A stretch of 64,000 bases of DNA from an uncultured Gammaproteobacteria bacterium (GTDB lineage Bacteria; Patescibacteriota; Microgenomatia; Daviesbacterales; UBA10151): the NCBI GenBank assembly GCA_964394855.1, contig CAYMZD010000002.1:131964-195963 (forward strand), written 5' to 3'. The stretch's first letter is position 1, and every line of letters begins with the position of its first letter. A program made the translations under genes and the position numbers. Below the pieces are notes generated by a model. The model was not told where the DNA came from. It was given only the letters and a program-made list of their open reading frames with translations, and made no database searches. This document shows positions 19,591-28,833 of this stretch, one piece after another.

Positions 19591-20756
19591 TAGATAAGTT
19601 TCTGCGATAATTTTTCAGCAACTAATTTAAAAATATTTCTTAGTTCCTCTAAGGCTTCGTTTTCTTTCTCTAATTTTAAATAATTTAGTAATACTTTCAG
19701 TTTTCCACGGATTTCATCGGTCTGCCAATCCTTTAAATGTCGGTTTGTTTTTGAAGAATATTCTAATAGTGATTCAAACGAAATTCTTATATATCTCTTT
19801 GCATTGTTTTTATATTGCTTTTTATTTCCTTCCACCTTAATCATTTCCTTATAGTATCCAGTTTTTGGATCGAAACCATCGAATTTAATAGAATAGTTTG
19901 CGTATTCGGGATGGAGAAAATTTTTAATTAAAAAGTTCTTGTGACCCTTTTGGTAGACTTCTGAAAAAATTGAAAGAACGTAGTGCATGTTTTCTCGCAT
20001 AAGTTTACTTGCCAGTAGAGCATCGGGTTCATTTTTAACATTGTGTTTTATCAAGTCCCATAATGCTTTTGAATGTTCGGAAATTACTTCCTGATTTTTC
20101 TCTTCTTTTATTAAGGCTTGAATATCACCTAATGTCATCCTATTGTTTCTTGCAGAATTGGCGGCTCTCGAAAGTGGCCTAAAACTCGGCCTATGTCTAA
20201 AACCTAATGAAATAGGACCAAGGTGATCAGCGCTTATGTCATTTTTTTGAAACTCTTTCATCAACCAGCTTGCTGCTTTCCAATCTCCATCAGACCAATT
20301 TTCATATGCACGTCTATCCTCGCCATATCTTGAAAGATTGCTTTTATGTCTTCCTTTATCGAATTTACTCCTGCAACAGAGGTTATAACTGTGATAACCA
20401 TCAAGCCTATCGGGAGCATTACTCATTGCTCCTGGACTAAGCCCTCCCTTTTTATTAGGATAAATATAATCAAGTTTCATTGATCTACCACAAATTTGGC
20501 AAGGTTTATCCCCAGTAGGATGAATTGCTCTCGCGGTTTTTGATATCCACGCACCCTCCTTAGGTATTCCAAGTTTTTCTCTCTGCTCATCCCACCATTT
20601 CAACCGGGCTAATCCCATTTCACTACTTCTGGCAACAATCCATCTTATTCCACCATTTTCCTTATACAGAAAAGGCATGCCTCTGTAATTAGGATGATTC
20701 ACAATAAATTTCATGTACTTAATGAAGTTTGGATGCCAAGTCCTTTTAGTTCTCAT
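19587..20756 (-). CDS. Type IIS restriction endonuclease, Alw26I/Eco31I/Esp3I family (HNH-like)
   Basis: YM.FIV.HPNY.GMP, MSN.PDRLDG.HSYN.CCR, DRRA.E.W.DG, SADH.GPISLGF.H.P, NS.RNNR motifs; convergent with m6A and m5C MTases. Confidence 0.9.
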   Translation of the reverse strand: MRTKRTWHPNFIKYMKFIVNHPNYRGMPFLYKENGGIRWIVARSSEMGLARLKWWDEQREKLGIPKEGAWISKTARAIHPTGDKPCQICGRSMKLDYIYPNKKGGLSPGAMSNAPDRLDGYHSYNLCCRSKFDKGRHKSNLSRYGEDRRAYENWSDGDWKAASWLMKEFQKNDISADHLGPISLGFRHRPSFRPLSRAANSARNNRMTLGDIQALIKEEKNQEVISEHSKALWDLIKHNVKNEPDALLASKLMRENMHYVLSIFSEVYQKGHKNFLIKNFLHPEYANYSIKFDGFDPKTGYYKEMIKVEGNKKQYKNNAKRYIRISFESLLEYSSKTNRHLKDWQTDEIRGKLKVLLNYLKLEKENEALEELRNIFKLVAEKLSQKLIY

Positions 20757-21404
20757 AAAATTTTGACTGCAAAGATTATCGCTAGCAATTATATAGCTTT
20801 TTGCTCCGAAATGCCAGAAAAAATGAATGTTTTTGTTTCTTTTTGGCGGCTCCGCCGCCCCCGCTCGCCTCCTGGGATAATTTCCCTTAAAGGAGGGCTG
20901 CCGTCAGAGAAAATCTCGGAGTTTGGAATTTTCTAAAAACTTTCGGATAGGCAGCCCGACATTCGCGAGCCCCGTGAGAATTACTACATTTTTTTAAAAG
21001 ACGGGGCGAGCCATCGGAATTAGTTGCGCAGTCCCGCCTCGAGGCGGGACAAGCGATAGGAAACAGAAGGGGTACAAATAAGAAAGGCGGGGGCGAAAAG
21101 CGGAATACCCCCGCAACGGCAGGCGATACTAAAACAGAACCAAAGATTACCAGAGACTGTAAAGCGAAAATAGAAAAGCAAAGATATCGGCGAGTCGCCC
21201 CCTAGGGCGACCTCTCGCCCAAAAGCGGGGGTGCCGCTTCCATTATTTTGGGTGGGTGGGTTAATGGGAATTTAGTACAGCCTACATTCTGCATTTTTGT
21301 TTTAAATATTTTTCTGCTAAAATAGGGAGGGTAGGCGGATTATAAATAATAAAAATCGCGCGCATTAAAATACTGAAAGTATTTTGCAAAAAATACTAGA
21401 GCGA

Positions 21405-21492
21405 GGCCGAAGGCCGAGCGGAACAAAAGCCCGCCGAAGGCGGGCTACCGATTCGACTTAAAGCGGGTTCGAATTTTTTTGTAAAGCTCGAC
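21405..21492 (-). repeat. Inverted repeat B, right copy (88 bp); attR-like end of the core island
   Basis: Exact reverse complement of 14308-14395; ends in CGAC. Confidence 0.97.
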
Positions 21493-21536
21493 TGAAAGAG
21501 GGTTTCCGTCCGATCAGACCCGGATGTTTTCTAAAC

Positions 21537-21617
21537 TTGACATTTTAGAGTCAATCTTGTTAGTATATAGATACTAAAATCTCCTGCGACACCGAAAGGT
21601 CTTCGCAGGATTTTTTT
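21537..21617 (+). promoter_or_regulatory. Promoter plus hairpin/T-tract leader upstream of the NYN gene
   Basis: TTGACA(21537)-N18-TAGTAT with extended -10 TG; then CCTGCGA-CACCGAAAGGTCT-TCGCAGG-A-T7. Confidence 0.6.
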
Positions 21618-21655
21618 GACAAAAATTTCCCTCTATTTGATGTATAATCAATTTT

Positions 21656-22204
21656 ATGAAGAAACAAAGATGTATCATTCTTATTGATGGAAGCAACCTT
21701 TACTTCAAGCTAAAGGATTTGAAACTACATAATCTCCTAAGTTTTGATTTTTCTAAGTTCGTAAAGAAACTAGCAAAAGATTGTGATGTTGTTAGTATTA
21801 CTTACTATGTGGGGAAAATAAGGACAGATGGAAGTGAAAAGACCCAAAAACTATTCAATAACCAACGAAAGCTATTTGCTCACCTTAAAAAGAATGGAGT
21901 AACCTATTCTCTTGGTTATCTTTTAAAGTCTGATGGCGTTTTCCATGAAAAAGGTGTTGATGTAAATATTGCAGTGGATATTCTTGTAGCCACATACGAG
22001 GACTTAGCTGATAGAATAATTATTACTTCTTCAGATACAGATCTTCTGCCTGCTATTAAGAAAGCAAAAGAGAAAGGTAAGATAGTTGAGTATGTGGGAT
22101 TTTCCCATAAACCCAGTGTGGCAATGGTGGCTAATTGTTCAGAATCGACACTTCTTAAAAAAGAAGATTTAGAACCTTTTACTCTTAAATCCTATTCGAT
22201 TTAA
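21656..22204 (+). CDS. NYN-domain (LabA/DUF88, PIN-like) putative RNase
   Basis: ILIDGSN, EKGVDV.IAVD, SSDTDLLPAI, GK.VEYVGF motifs. Confidence 0.92.
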   Translation: MKKQRCIILIDGSNLYFKLKDLKLHNLLSFDFSKFVKKLAKDCDVVSITYYVGKIRTDGSEKTQKLFNNQRKLFAHLKKNGVTYSLGYLLKSDGVFHEKGVDVNIAVDILVATYEDLADRIIITSSDTDLLPAIKKAKEKGKIVEYVGFSHKPSVAMVANCSESTLLKKEDLEPFTLKSYSI

Positions 22205-22235
22205 AGCGAGTTCGGATTTTTTTAAAAAGGTCGAC
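22194..22235. repeat. Diverged third copy of the repeat-B core-proximal arm (outer attR-like site)
   Basis: 36 of 42 bp identical, ungapped, to 21451-21492; ends in TCGAC. Confidence 0.9.
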
Positions 22236-22237
22236 CC

Positions 22238-22738
22238 ATGAAAATTTCACTGGAAAAAGCCAAGCAGAATAAGCTTTTTTATTTTGTAGTTACTGGGGTA
22301 ATTTATCATCCCAAATTAAAAAAATGTTTAATACTGCAGCGGTCCAAAAAAGAAGTAGCTCATCCTGGGCTATGGGGGGTTATCGGCGGAAAGCTGGAAT
22401 GGGATGATTTAAAAAATAACCCCATTACTCGTAAAAACTTTGATATTTTGGATTGGGAGGGAATGGTAGAAAAATTAATCTTGCGAGAAGCTAAGGAAGA
22501 ATGTGGTCTGGAAGTCGTTGACCCAAGATATCTAAATAGTGTGGCTTATCTTCGAACAGACAGAGTGCCAACCATTTGTTGCAAATTTGCTGTTAAAAGA
22601 AAAAAGGGGAGAATAAAATTAGCCCCGGAATTTGATGATTTTAACTGGGTTAATGTTCAAGAAGTGAAAAAGTATAAATGTATTCAGGGAATTGCGGAAG
22701 AAGTTGGTAAAACTATAAGAATATACTTACCTACTTGA
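22238..22738 (+). CDS. NUDIX hydrolase
   Basis: LILQRS, PGLWG..GGKLE, REAKEECGL Nudix box with insertion. Confidence 0.88.
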   Translation: MKISLEKAKQNKLFYFVVTGVIYHPKLKKCLILQRSKKEVAHPGLWGVIGGKLEWDDLKNNPITRKNFDILDWEGMVEKLILREAKEECGLEVVDPRYLNSVAYLRTDRVPTICCKFAVKRKKGRIKLAPEFDDFNWVNVQEVKKYKCIQGIAEEVGKTIRIYLPT

Positions 22739-22822
22739 GTGTAACATATATGTATGGATACACGAATACTTAGGAAAAGTTGGTACCTTGCAAAAAGTTT
22801 TATAGTGTGATTTAATCAATAT

Positions 22823-23893
22823 ATGGTTGGAAGTTCCAATAATGCAGATGCTAAATTAGCTGCTATTACGGCTGCCATAGCCGGTATCCAAAAACAATAT
22901 GGTACAGGTGCCATTATGCGCTTGGGTGAGCGGGTGGAGAGACTGACCATTGATGTCATCCCGACAGGCTCTATTGCTTTGGACTTGAGCTTAGGTGTGG
23001 GGGGTTTACCCAAAGGTCGAGTGATTGAAATTTACGGACCAGAGGCTTCTGGAAAGACTACCATAGCTTTACATGTTATAGCAGAGGCGCAAAAAAAAGG
23101 CGGGGTGGCAGCCTTTATAGATGCCGAGCATGCGCTAGATCCTCAACGCGCTCAAAAAATTGGAGTTAATTTAGATGACCTGCTGATTTCCCAACCTGAT
23201 ACTGGTGAGCAAGCTTTGGAAATTGCCGAAGCGCTGATCCGTTCTGGTGGGATTGATGTGGTGGTGATAGATTCGGTAGCAGCGCTAACTCCCCGGGCAG
23301 AAATTGAAGGAGAAATGGGAGATGCAGTGATGGGCATGCAAGCTCGGTTAATGTCACAAGCTCTTAGAAAGCTGACAGCTGCTATTGCTAATACCAGAAC
23401 GATCGTAATTTTTACCAATCAGCTGCGACAAAAAATTGGGGTGATGTTTGGTAATCCGGAAACAACCCCAGGTGGTTTGGCATTAAAATTTTATGCATCA
23501 GTTCGCCTAGATATTAGAAAAATTGAAAATATCAAAATGGGTGATGTGGTAGTTGGTTCGCGCCACAGGGTCAAAGTAGTTAAAAATAAAGTGGCTCCCC
23601 CATTTCGTATGGCCGAATTTGATATGGATGAAAATGGTATATCAAAAGAAGGCGAGCTTTTAGATATTGGTGTGGAGCTGGGAATTTTGACAAAATCAGG
23701 AGCCTTTATCAAATGGGATGATAATATTTTGGGGCAGGGTCGGCCGGCAGCTGTAGTTTATTTAAAGGAAAACCCCAAGGAAAAGGAAAAACTGGAAAAA
23801 GAAATTAGGGAGGCTTGGGGCGCGCAGAAACAAGGTAAGGAGATGGTTGTTGGAAAAGAAGAAGAGGATAAAGACATAGAAGAAGCAGTTTAA
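22823..23893 (+). CDS. recA: Recombinase A
   Basis: [37 protein letters not shown]. Confidence 0.99.
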   Translation: MVGSSNNADAKLAAITAAIAGIQKQYGTGAIMRLGERVERLTIDVIPTGSIALDLSLGVGGLPKGRVIEIYGPEASGKTTIALHVIAEAQKKGGVAAFIDAEHALDPQRAQKIGVNLDDLLISQPDTGEQALEIAEALIRSGGIDVVVIDSVAALTPRAEIEGEMGDAVMGMQARLMSQALRKLTAAIANTRTIVIFTNQLRQKIGVMFGNPETTPGGLALKFYASVRLDIRKIENIKMGDVVVGSRHRVKVVKNKVAPPFRMAEFDMDENGISKEGELLDIGVELGILTKSGAFIKWDDNILGQGRPAAVVYLKENPKEKEKLEKEIREAWGAQKQGKEMVVGKEEEDKDIEEAV

Positions 23894-25380
23894 TGTTCAG
23901 GCTTCTAATTTTAATCATTTTCTTGCTGGCCGTATTATCTCGTTTTTTATATTTCCCCGAAGATTTATATTTTGCCTTTGATCAAGCCAGAGATGGTTTT
24001 AAATCTCTGGAAGTAGTAAATGGAGATATTAAAATAATTGGTCCTCCGTCTGCCGCCTCGGATAAAATTTTTGCCGGACCGCTGATTTATTATATTTTCG
24101 GCCCGATTTATTTTTTAGGAAACAACAATCCGGAAGTTGTCTCTGCATTTTTGCGAGTTTGGAATAGCTTGGGTGTATTTTTGGTTATCGGGATAGGATG
24201 GATTTTATTTAATAAATGGGTGGGATTTTTAGCCGGCTTTTTCTATGCCATCTCCTATGAAGCTAGCCAATATTCTTTATTTTTATCCCATCAACCAATG
24301 GCTTCAGTCACTGTTTTACTTTTTTATTTAGGCCTGGCACTATTTATTTTTAAAAAAATCCAATGGGGACTTACTTTATCTTTTCTGGGATTAGGTCTTT
24401 CTATACAATTCCACTTTGTCTATACATTATTAATGGTAGTGCTTATATTATTTTTCATAATTTTCAAAAAACATTACCAGTTTAGTTTAAAACATATTTT
24501 TTATGCAGTAACAATTTTTCTTATAACCAGCTCTACATTTATTTTGGCGGAGGCGAAATTTCAATTTAGATTCTTAAGAACTTTTTTTGAGGGAGGAGGT
24601 TTTAAATTTTATCCTCAAGCAGCTACTTACTCTATGAAGAGGTTTTTACATGATAATATTTTGGCAAGTGATGTACTTTTATGGATAGTGGGTCTGCTAC
24701 TTACTGGTGCCTTAATTTATTTTTTAAAAAAGAAAGAAGTTAAATTTCCCATAATATTTTTAATGGTTTGGTTTCTAGTTGGAGTGTCTCCCTATCTTCT
24801 TTCGGGAACTAATAGTTATTATTACTCTGCAGCAGCTAATGTTTCACTTTTGCTTTTTATATCCTATGTTATCTATTACTTACTATCAACTAAAATTCTT
24901 CTGGCTCTTTTAATTTTGATAGCAGTTTCAGTAAATAACTTATACTTGATTATTAACAATAACCCAAAGGGGGTTAATAGAGAATTTATAATTCAACCTG
25001 GGATGCTGCTAACATCAGAAAAACTTGTCCTGGATTATATTTATCAAAAAGCCCAAGGTCGTTTTTTTGCAGTCAATGGTTTAACCGTTCCTTTGGGAGT
25101 AAATACCACTTGGAGTTATTTATTTGAATGGTACGGACAACAAAAATATGGATACCTACCGGTTTGGGGTATGGAAGTGGCTTTAGGTTTTCCAGGACAT
25201 TTAAAAGTAGAAACAAAAAGATCAAACCTTCCAGATAAAAGATTTACTATACTAGAGCCAACAGTCGGTATTAGAGATGTTGATATAAAAAAATTTTTTC
25301 AAGAAGAAAATTTTTTTTCTAAGGTCGTGGAAGAGAAAAAATTTGGTACTATAGCTGTACAATATAGACAAAGAATTTAA
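23893..25380 (+). CDS. GT-C fold membrane glycosyltransferase (ArnT/PMT-like)
   Basis: FAFDQARD acidic loop after TM1, GP..YY, many TM segments. Confidence 0.8.
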   Translation: MFRLLILIIFLLAVLSRFLYFPEDLYFAFDQARDGFKSLEVVNGDIKIIGPPSAASDKIFAGPLIYYIFGPIYFLGNNNPEVVSAFLRVWNSLGVFLVIGIGWILFNKWVGFLAGFFYAISYEASQYSLFLSHQPMASVTVLLFYLGLALFIFKKIQWGLTLSFLGLGLSIQFHFVYTLLMVVLILFFIIFKKHYQFSLKHIFYAVTIFLITSSTFILAEAKFQFRFLRTFFEGGGFKFYPQAATYSMKRFLHDNILASDVLLWIVGLLLTGALIYFLKKKEVKFPIIFLMVWFLVGVSPYLLSGTNSYYYSAAANVSLLLFISYVIYYLLSTKILLALLILIAVSVNNLYLIINNNPKGVNREFIIQPGMLLTSEKLVLDYIYQKAQGRFFAVNGLTVPLGVNTTWSYLFEWYGQQKYGYLPVWGMEVALGFPGHLKVETKRSNLPDKRFTILEPTVGIRDVDIKKFFQEENFFSKVVEEKKFGTIAVQYRQRI

Positions 25381-25382
25381 TA

Positions 25383-25844
25383 ATGGAACAAGCGAAGTTA
25401 CTACAGAAAATTTATAGACTTTTATCCCAAAGAGTGCGAAGTGAAAAAGAAATTCGTGATTATCTAAAAAGGAAAAAAGCTGACATTGATGTTGTGGAAA
25501 AAATAATTGATCAATTAAAACAAATGAGTCTTATAGATGATGGGAAGTTTGCTAAGGATTGGGTAGAGTCTCGAAGAAGATCTAGGCAGAAAGGTATAAA
25601 AGCGCTCAAAATAGAGCTTTTACAAAAGGGAATCGAGCGCCAAATTATTGAGGAAGTTATCAGTAGAGAGATTCTAGTTGTTAGTGAAACGCAAGTCGCA
25701 GAACGGGCATTAGAGATGAAAATGAGGGTATGGAAAAATTTTGATCAAATGAATTTTAAGAAAAAAGCCATTGATTTTTTACTTCGCAAAGGCTTTGAAT
25801 ATGAGGTAGTAAAAGGAGTTATTGATAAATTTTTAAGAAAATAG
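25383..25844 (+). CDS. recX: Regulatory protein RecX
   Basis: LLSQRVRSEKEI, IDDGKFA..W, ELLQKGI, FLLRKGF motifs; near recA. Confidence 0.92.
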   Translation: MEQAKLLQKIYRLLSQRVRSEKEIRDYLKRKKADIDVVEKIIDQLKQMSLIDDGKFAKDWVESRRRSRQKGIKALKIELLQKGIERQIIEEVISREILVVSETQVAERALEMKMRVWKNFDQMNFKKKAIDFLLRKGFEYEVVKGVIDKFLRK

Positions 25845-25972
25845 TATAATAATTATTGCTTAAGGTAGTGGATAATACCAAAAAGTTTATGAGAAGTTAT
25901 AGTGTAAATACAAATCTTATCTTCTCCAAGCCAGTTTAGTTTGGTCTAGCTTCCGCACCTTTAAGTATCAAA

Positions 25973-27295
25973 ATGCAAAAAAGTTTTAGTCCCAAAATAA
26001 CCAGTGAATCGGAACTCGCTAAACGTGAGGGAATTTTAGAAGAGCGAGAAAGACAAATAGCAGAGAAACAAAGATTAATTGAGGAAAAACTACAGGAGTT
26101 GGAAAAGCTTCGTAAAGAGTTAGTGGAAAAAGTGCAAAAAGTTGCCAAGATGTCCTCTGATGAAACTAAAAAAATTCTTCTGGAACAGGTAGAAAAAGAT
26201 TTAAGTAGTGAAATTTCCCAAAAAATAAAGCAAGCAGAAGATGAGATTAAATTGCAATCAGATGAAAAAGCGAAAGAAATTTTAGCTGATGCCATTCTTC
26301 ATGGAGCGACTGATTATATAGCTGAATTTACCACCTCCTCTGTTAATCTCCCTGATGAAGAGATGAAGGGTCGAATTATTGGAAAAGAAGGCCGAAATAT
26401 CAAAGCTTTTGAGGGAGCAACCGGGGTTGATGTGTTAATGGATGATGAGCTCCCCAATATTTTAACTATTTCTTCCTTTGATCCGATACGGCGGGAAGTG
26501 GCCAAAGTGGCCCTGGAGCGGCTTATTGCCGATGGCAGAATTCAACCCCAAAGAATTGAAGAAATAGTGGAAAGAACCAAGGAGGATTTGGAAAAATTAA
26601 TGTGTCAGGCTGGTGAGAAACTTTGTCAGGATGTGGGGGTTTATAACATGCCGACTGAAGTAGCCTGTTTATTGGGGCGCTTCAAATATCGCTACTCATA
26701 CGGACAAAATATGATTGTTCACACTTTGGAGGAAACAAAAATTGGTATAGAGCTAGCTAAACAAATCGGCGCTGATATTAATGTGGTGCGTTTGGGGTGT
26801 CTTTTACATGATGTGGGAAAAATTTTAACTGATTGGGAGGAAGGAACCCATGTAGAAAGAGGAGTACAGCTGGCTAAAAAATTCAGCTTTCCACAGCAAG
26901 TGGTAAATTGTATTGCCGAACATCATGAGGATCAACCCTTTTCTTCGGTTGAGTCAATAGTAGTTTATGTGGCTGATGCCATATCAGGGGGAAGACCCGG
27001 GGCCAGACATGAAGATATCCAAGATTATATCAAAAGATTAGATGATATTGAGAAAATTGCCACCTCTTTTGATGGGGTGGAAAAGGCCTTTGCCCTGCAA
27101 GCCGGAAGAGAGGTTAGGGTGATTGTCACTGCGGAAAAAGTATCTGATGAGGAGTTGCCTAAGCTAACTCATGACATTGCCCAAAGGATTGCTAAAGAGG
27201 TGATGGTACCAGGAGCTGTTAAAATTACCGCCATTCGCGAGACTCGATATTCCGAAAGCACCATGACCACACCACAGAGTTTAACTAATAGTTGA
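25973..27295 (+). CDS. rny: Ribonuclease Y (no N-terminal TM anchor visible)
   Basis: MKGRIIGKEGRNI KH domain, LLHDVGK HD domain, ADAISGGRPGAR, QAGREVRV. Confidence 0.95.
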   Translation: MQKSFSPKITSESELAKREGILEERERQIAEKQRLIEEKLQELEKLRKELVEKVQKVAKMSSDETKKILLEQVEKDLSSEISQKIKQAEDEIKLQSDEKAKEILADAILHGATDYIAEFTTSSVNLPDEEMKGRIIGKEGRNIKAFEGATGVDVLMDDELPNILTISSFDPIRREVAKVALERLIADGRIQPQRIEEIVERTKEDLEKLMCQAGEKLCQDVGVYNMPTEVACLLGRFKYRYSYGQNMIVHTLEETKIGIELAKQIGADINVVRLGCLLHDVGKILTDWEEGTHVERGVQLAKKFSFPQQVVNCIAEHHEDQPFSSVESIVVYVADAISGGRPGARHEDIQDYIKRLDDIEKIATSFDGVEKAFALQAGREVRVIVTAEKVSDEELPKLTHDIAQRIAKEVMVPGAVKITAIRETRYSESTMTTPQSLTNS

Positions 27296-27344
27296 CAGAT
27301 TAAGTCTGGAATGTTAATTTATCCACATCTATCCGAGAAACTCA

Positions 27345-28202
27345 ATGGCTGTAGAAACTTTAACAGAATTAAAAGAAAGATTGAAGATACATCAAGGTGA
27401 ACCAGTATTAGTGGTAACAAGAGTTTTAAGGGGTAATGGTCCTTGCAGCGGGCCCATAATAGATATTTCTCTTGAAGAAACTCTTTGTTTGGGCATTTGT
27501 ACTCCCCCTTTTTTAGATCAAGTAAGAAATAGAATGCTTGATTTTACTATTCCCACTCCTTATCAAGCTGTCAGTACTGATAGATTTCATAGAGAGATGA
27601 TAAAAAAAGAAGATGGTCCGATTGCGCATTGGAGAATGTTAAGTGGACATTTTGGGAGAACCTTAACACAGATTGATGGCGATCCAGAAGGTCCCGCCTC
27701 CCTTACATATAAAAACCATAAAGCTAAAAATATACTTGAGGTAGAAGTTGGAGACGAAGAAGTGACAACGTGGTTTATAAATCATGCTTATTTTGGCAGG
27801 ATGCCAGTTTACGATAAAATGCTTCTAGACAGATTGGAAAAGACAGGCGAGAGAGTTGATTTGCAGCAATCCACTAAAGAAAAGCACTTTGATGCAACCG
27901 TACTTTATGGTTATCAAAAAATGAGAAAAGCCCTAGGGCTTGTACCGGCTATTTTACCGGTAGATATTCAAGAAATGGTTGATTCAGGAATTGAAACAAG
28001 AAGATTACAAATTCTCGATTTACTTGAGAGTTTATACGACGGCAGAAAGAGAACTAGTTTAAAAGAAAAGTTGCCAGAGGCTATTGATTGGGAAATGGAT
28101 ACCGGAGAATGGGTAGTTAGGAGAAATCCATTTCCGGGAGCTACACTTGAGATAGATGTCCCAAAATTTATCATAGCTATTAGAGAAATGATTGGGGCTT
28201 GA
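27345..28202 (+). CDS. Hypothetical protein (285 aa)
   Basis: Long ORF filling the rny-HU gap; TTGACA upstream; no recognised motif. Confidence 0.7.
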   Translation: MAVETLTELKERLKIHQGEPVLVVTRVLRGNGPCSGPIIDISLEETLCLGICTPPFLDQVRNRMLDFTIPTPYQAVSTDRFHREMIKKEDGPIAHWRMLSGHFGRTLTQIDGDPEGPASLTYKNHKAKNILEVEVGDEEVTTWFINHAYFGRMPVYDKMLLDRLEKTGERVDLQQSTKEKHFDATVLYGYQKMRKALGLVPAILPVDIQEMVDSGIETRRLQILDLLESLYDGRKRTSLKEKLPEAIDWEMDTGEWVVRRNPFPGATLEIDVPKFIIAIREMIGA

Positions 28203-28233
28203 CAATAGCCTAAACTTACACTATAAATAATTC

Positions 28234-28506
28234 ATGACCAAAAATGAGTTAATTGAAAAAGTGGCCAAAAAAGCCTCTTTAACTAAAAGGGCTTCAGCTG
28301 ATGCTGTCAATAGCGTTTTTAACTTAACCAGGGATGCACTAGTGAGGGGGGAAAAAGTGGTTATTACCGGATTTGGTACTTTTTTAATTAGATCCAGAAG
28401 AGCCAGACGTGGTAGAAATCCTCAAACAGGGGAAACTATCCAAATCCCCAATAAAAAAACTCCCGGTTTTGTAGCCGGAAAAACCCTCAAAAGATTGATA
28501 AAATAG
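28234..28506 (+). CDS. hup: HU family DNA-binding protein
   Basis: MTKNELI, GFGTF, GRNPQTGE motifs. Confidence 0.96.
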   Translation: MTKNELIEKVAKKASLTKRASADAVNSVFNLTRDALVRGEKVVITGFGTFLIRSRRARRGRNPQTGETIQIPNKKTPGFVAGKTLKRLIK

Positions 28507-28525
28507 TGGTATACTGTGTCCATAC

Positions 28526-28831
28526 ATGAGTAAACCTAAATTGGATGAGCAAAGCTCGCACGCTAAAAACATCAAAATTCCTCTGGAAGTTTTAAATGAG
28601 TTGTTAACTCCCAGCGAAGCTCGGATGTTAAAAAATCGCTGGCAAATCTTAAAACTTTTGGAAGATGGTTTATCAATTAGACAGGTGGCCAAAGAGGCCA
28701 AGGTCGGTACTGATACGGTTGTTCGAGTGGCCCGGATGTCTGATAAAAATTCTTTAAGAAAAGCTTTGGATAAAAATAGAGAATTAAATATTAAACCTAA
28801 AACCCCTTGGATTTTTGGCAAAAGTGAATAA
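28526..28831 (+). CDS. TrpR-like (YerC/YecD) HTH protein
   Basis: LLTPSE..L.NRW.I..LL..G.S.R.VA......TV.RV pattern. Confidence 0.8.
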   Translation: MSKPKLDEQSSHAKNIKIPLEVLNELLTPSEARMLKNRWQILKLLEDGLSIRQVAKEAKVGTDTVVRVARMSDKNSLRKALDKNRELNIKPKTPWIFGKSE

Positions 28832-28833
28832 GT

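Larger units (their letters stand above)
12665..22235. mobile_element. Serine-recombinase genomic island at tRNA-Pro 3' end (core 12665-21492 plus NYN module to 22235)
   Basis: Recombinase adjacent to tRNA, AT-rich R-M cargo, four att-like junctions sharing CGAC at 12665, 14308 (inverted), 21489 and 22232. Confidence 0.88.

Noticed and set aside
20845-21500. Possible CRISPR array or attC-type integron cassettes
   Set aside because: No regularly spaced direct repeats with unique spacers, no cas genes and no tyrosine integron integrase in the window.
21616-21648. TTGACA..TATAAT pair directly before the NYN gene
   Set aside because: The spacer is 21 bp, too long for a canonical sigma70 promoter; not called, though the -10 alone may function.
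23893-25380. Glycosyltransferase between recA and recX as a mobile insertion
   Set aside because: No flanking repeats or mobility genes; GT-C genes are numerous in this window, so ordinary gene shuffling suffices.
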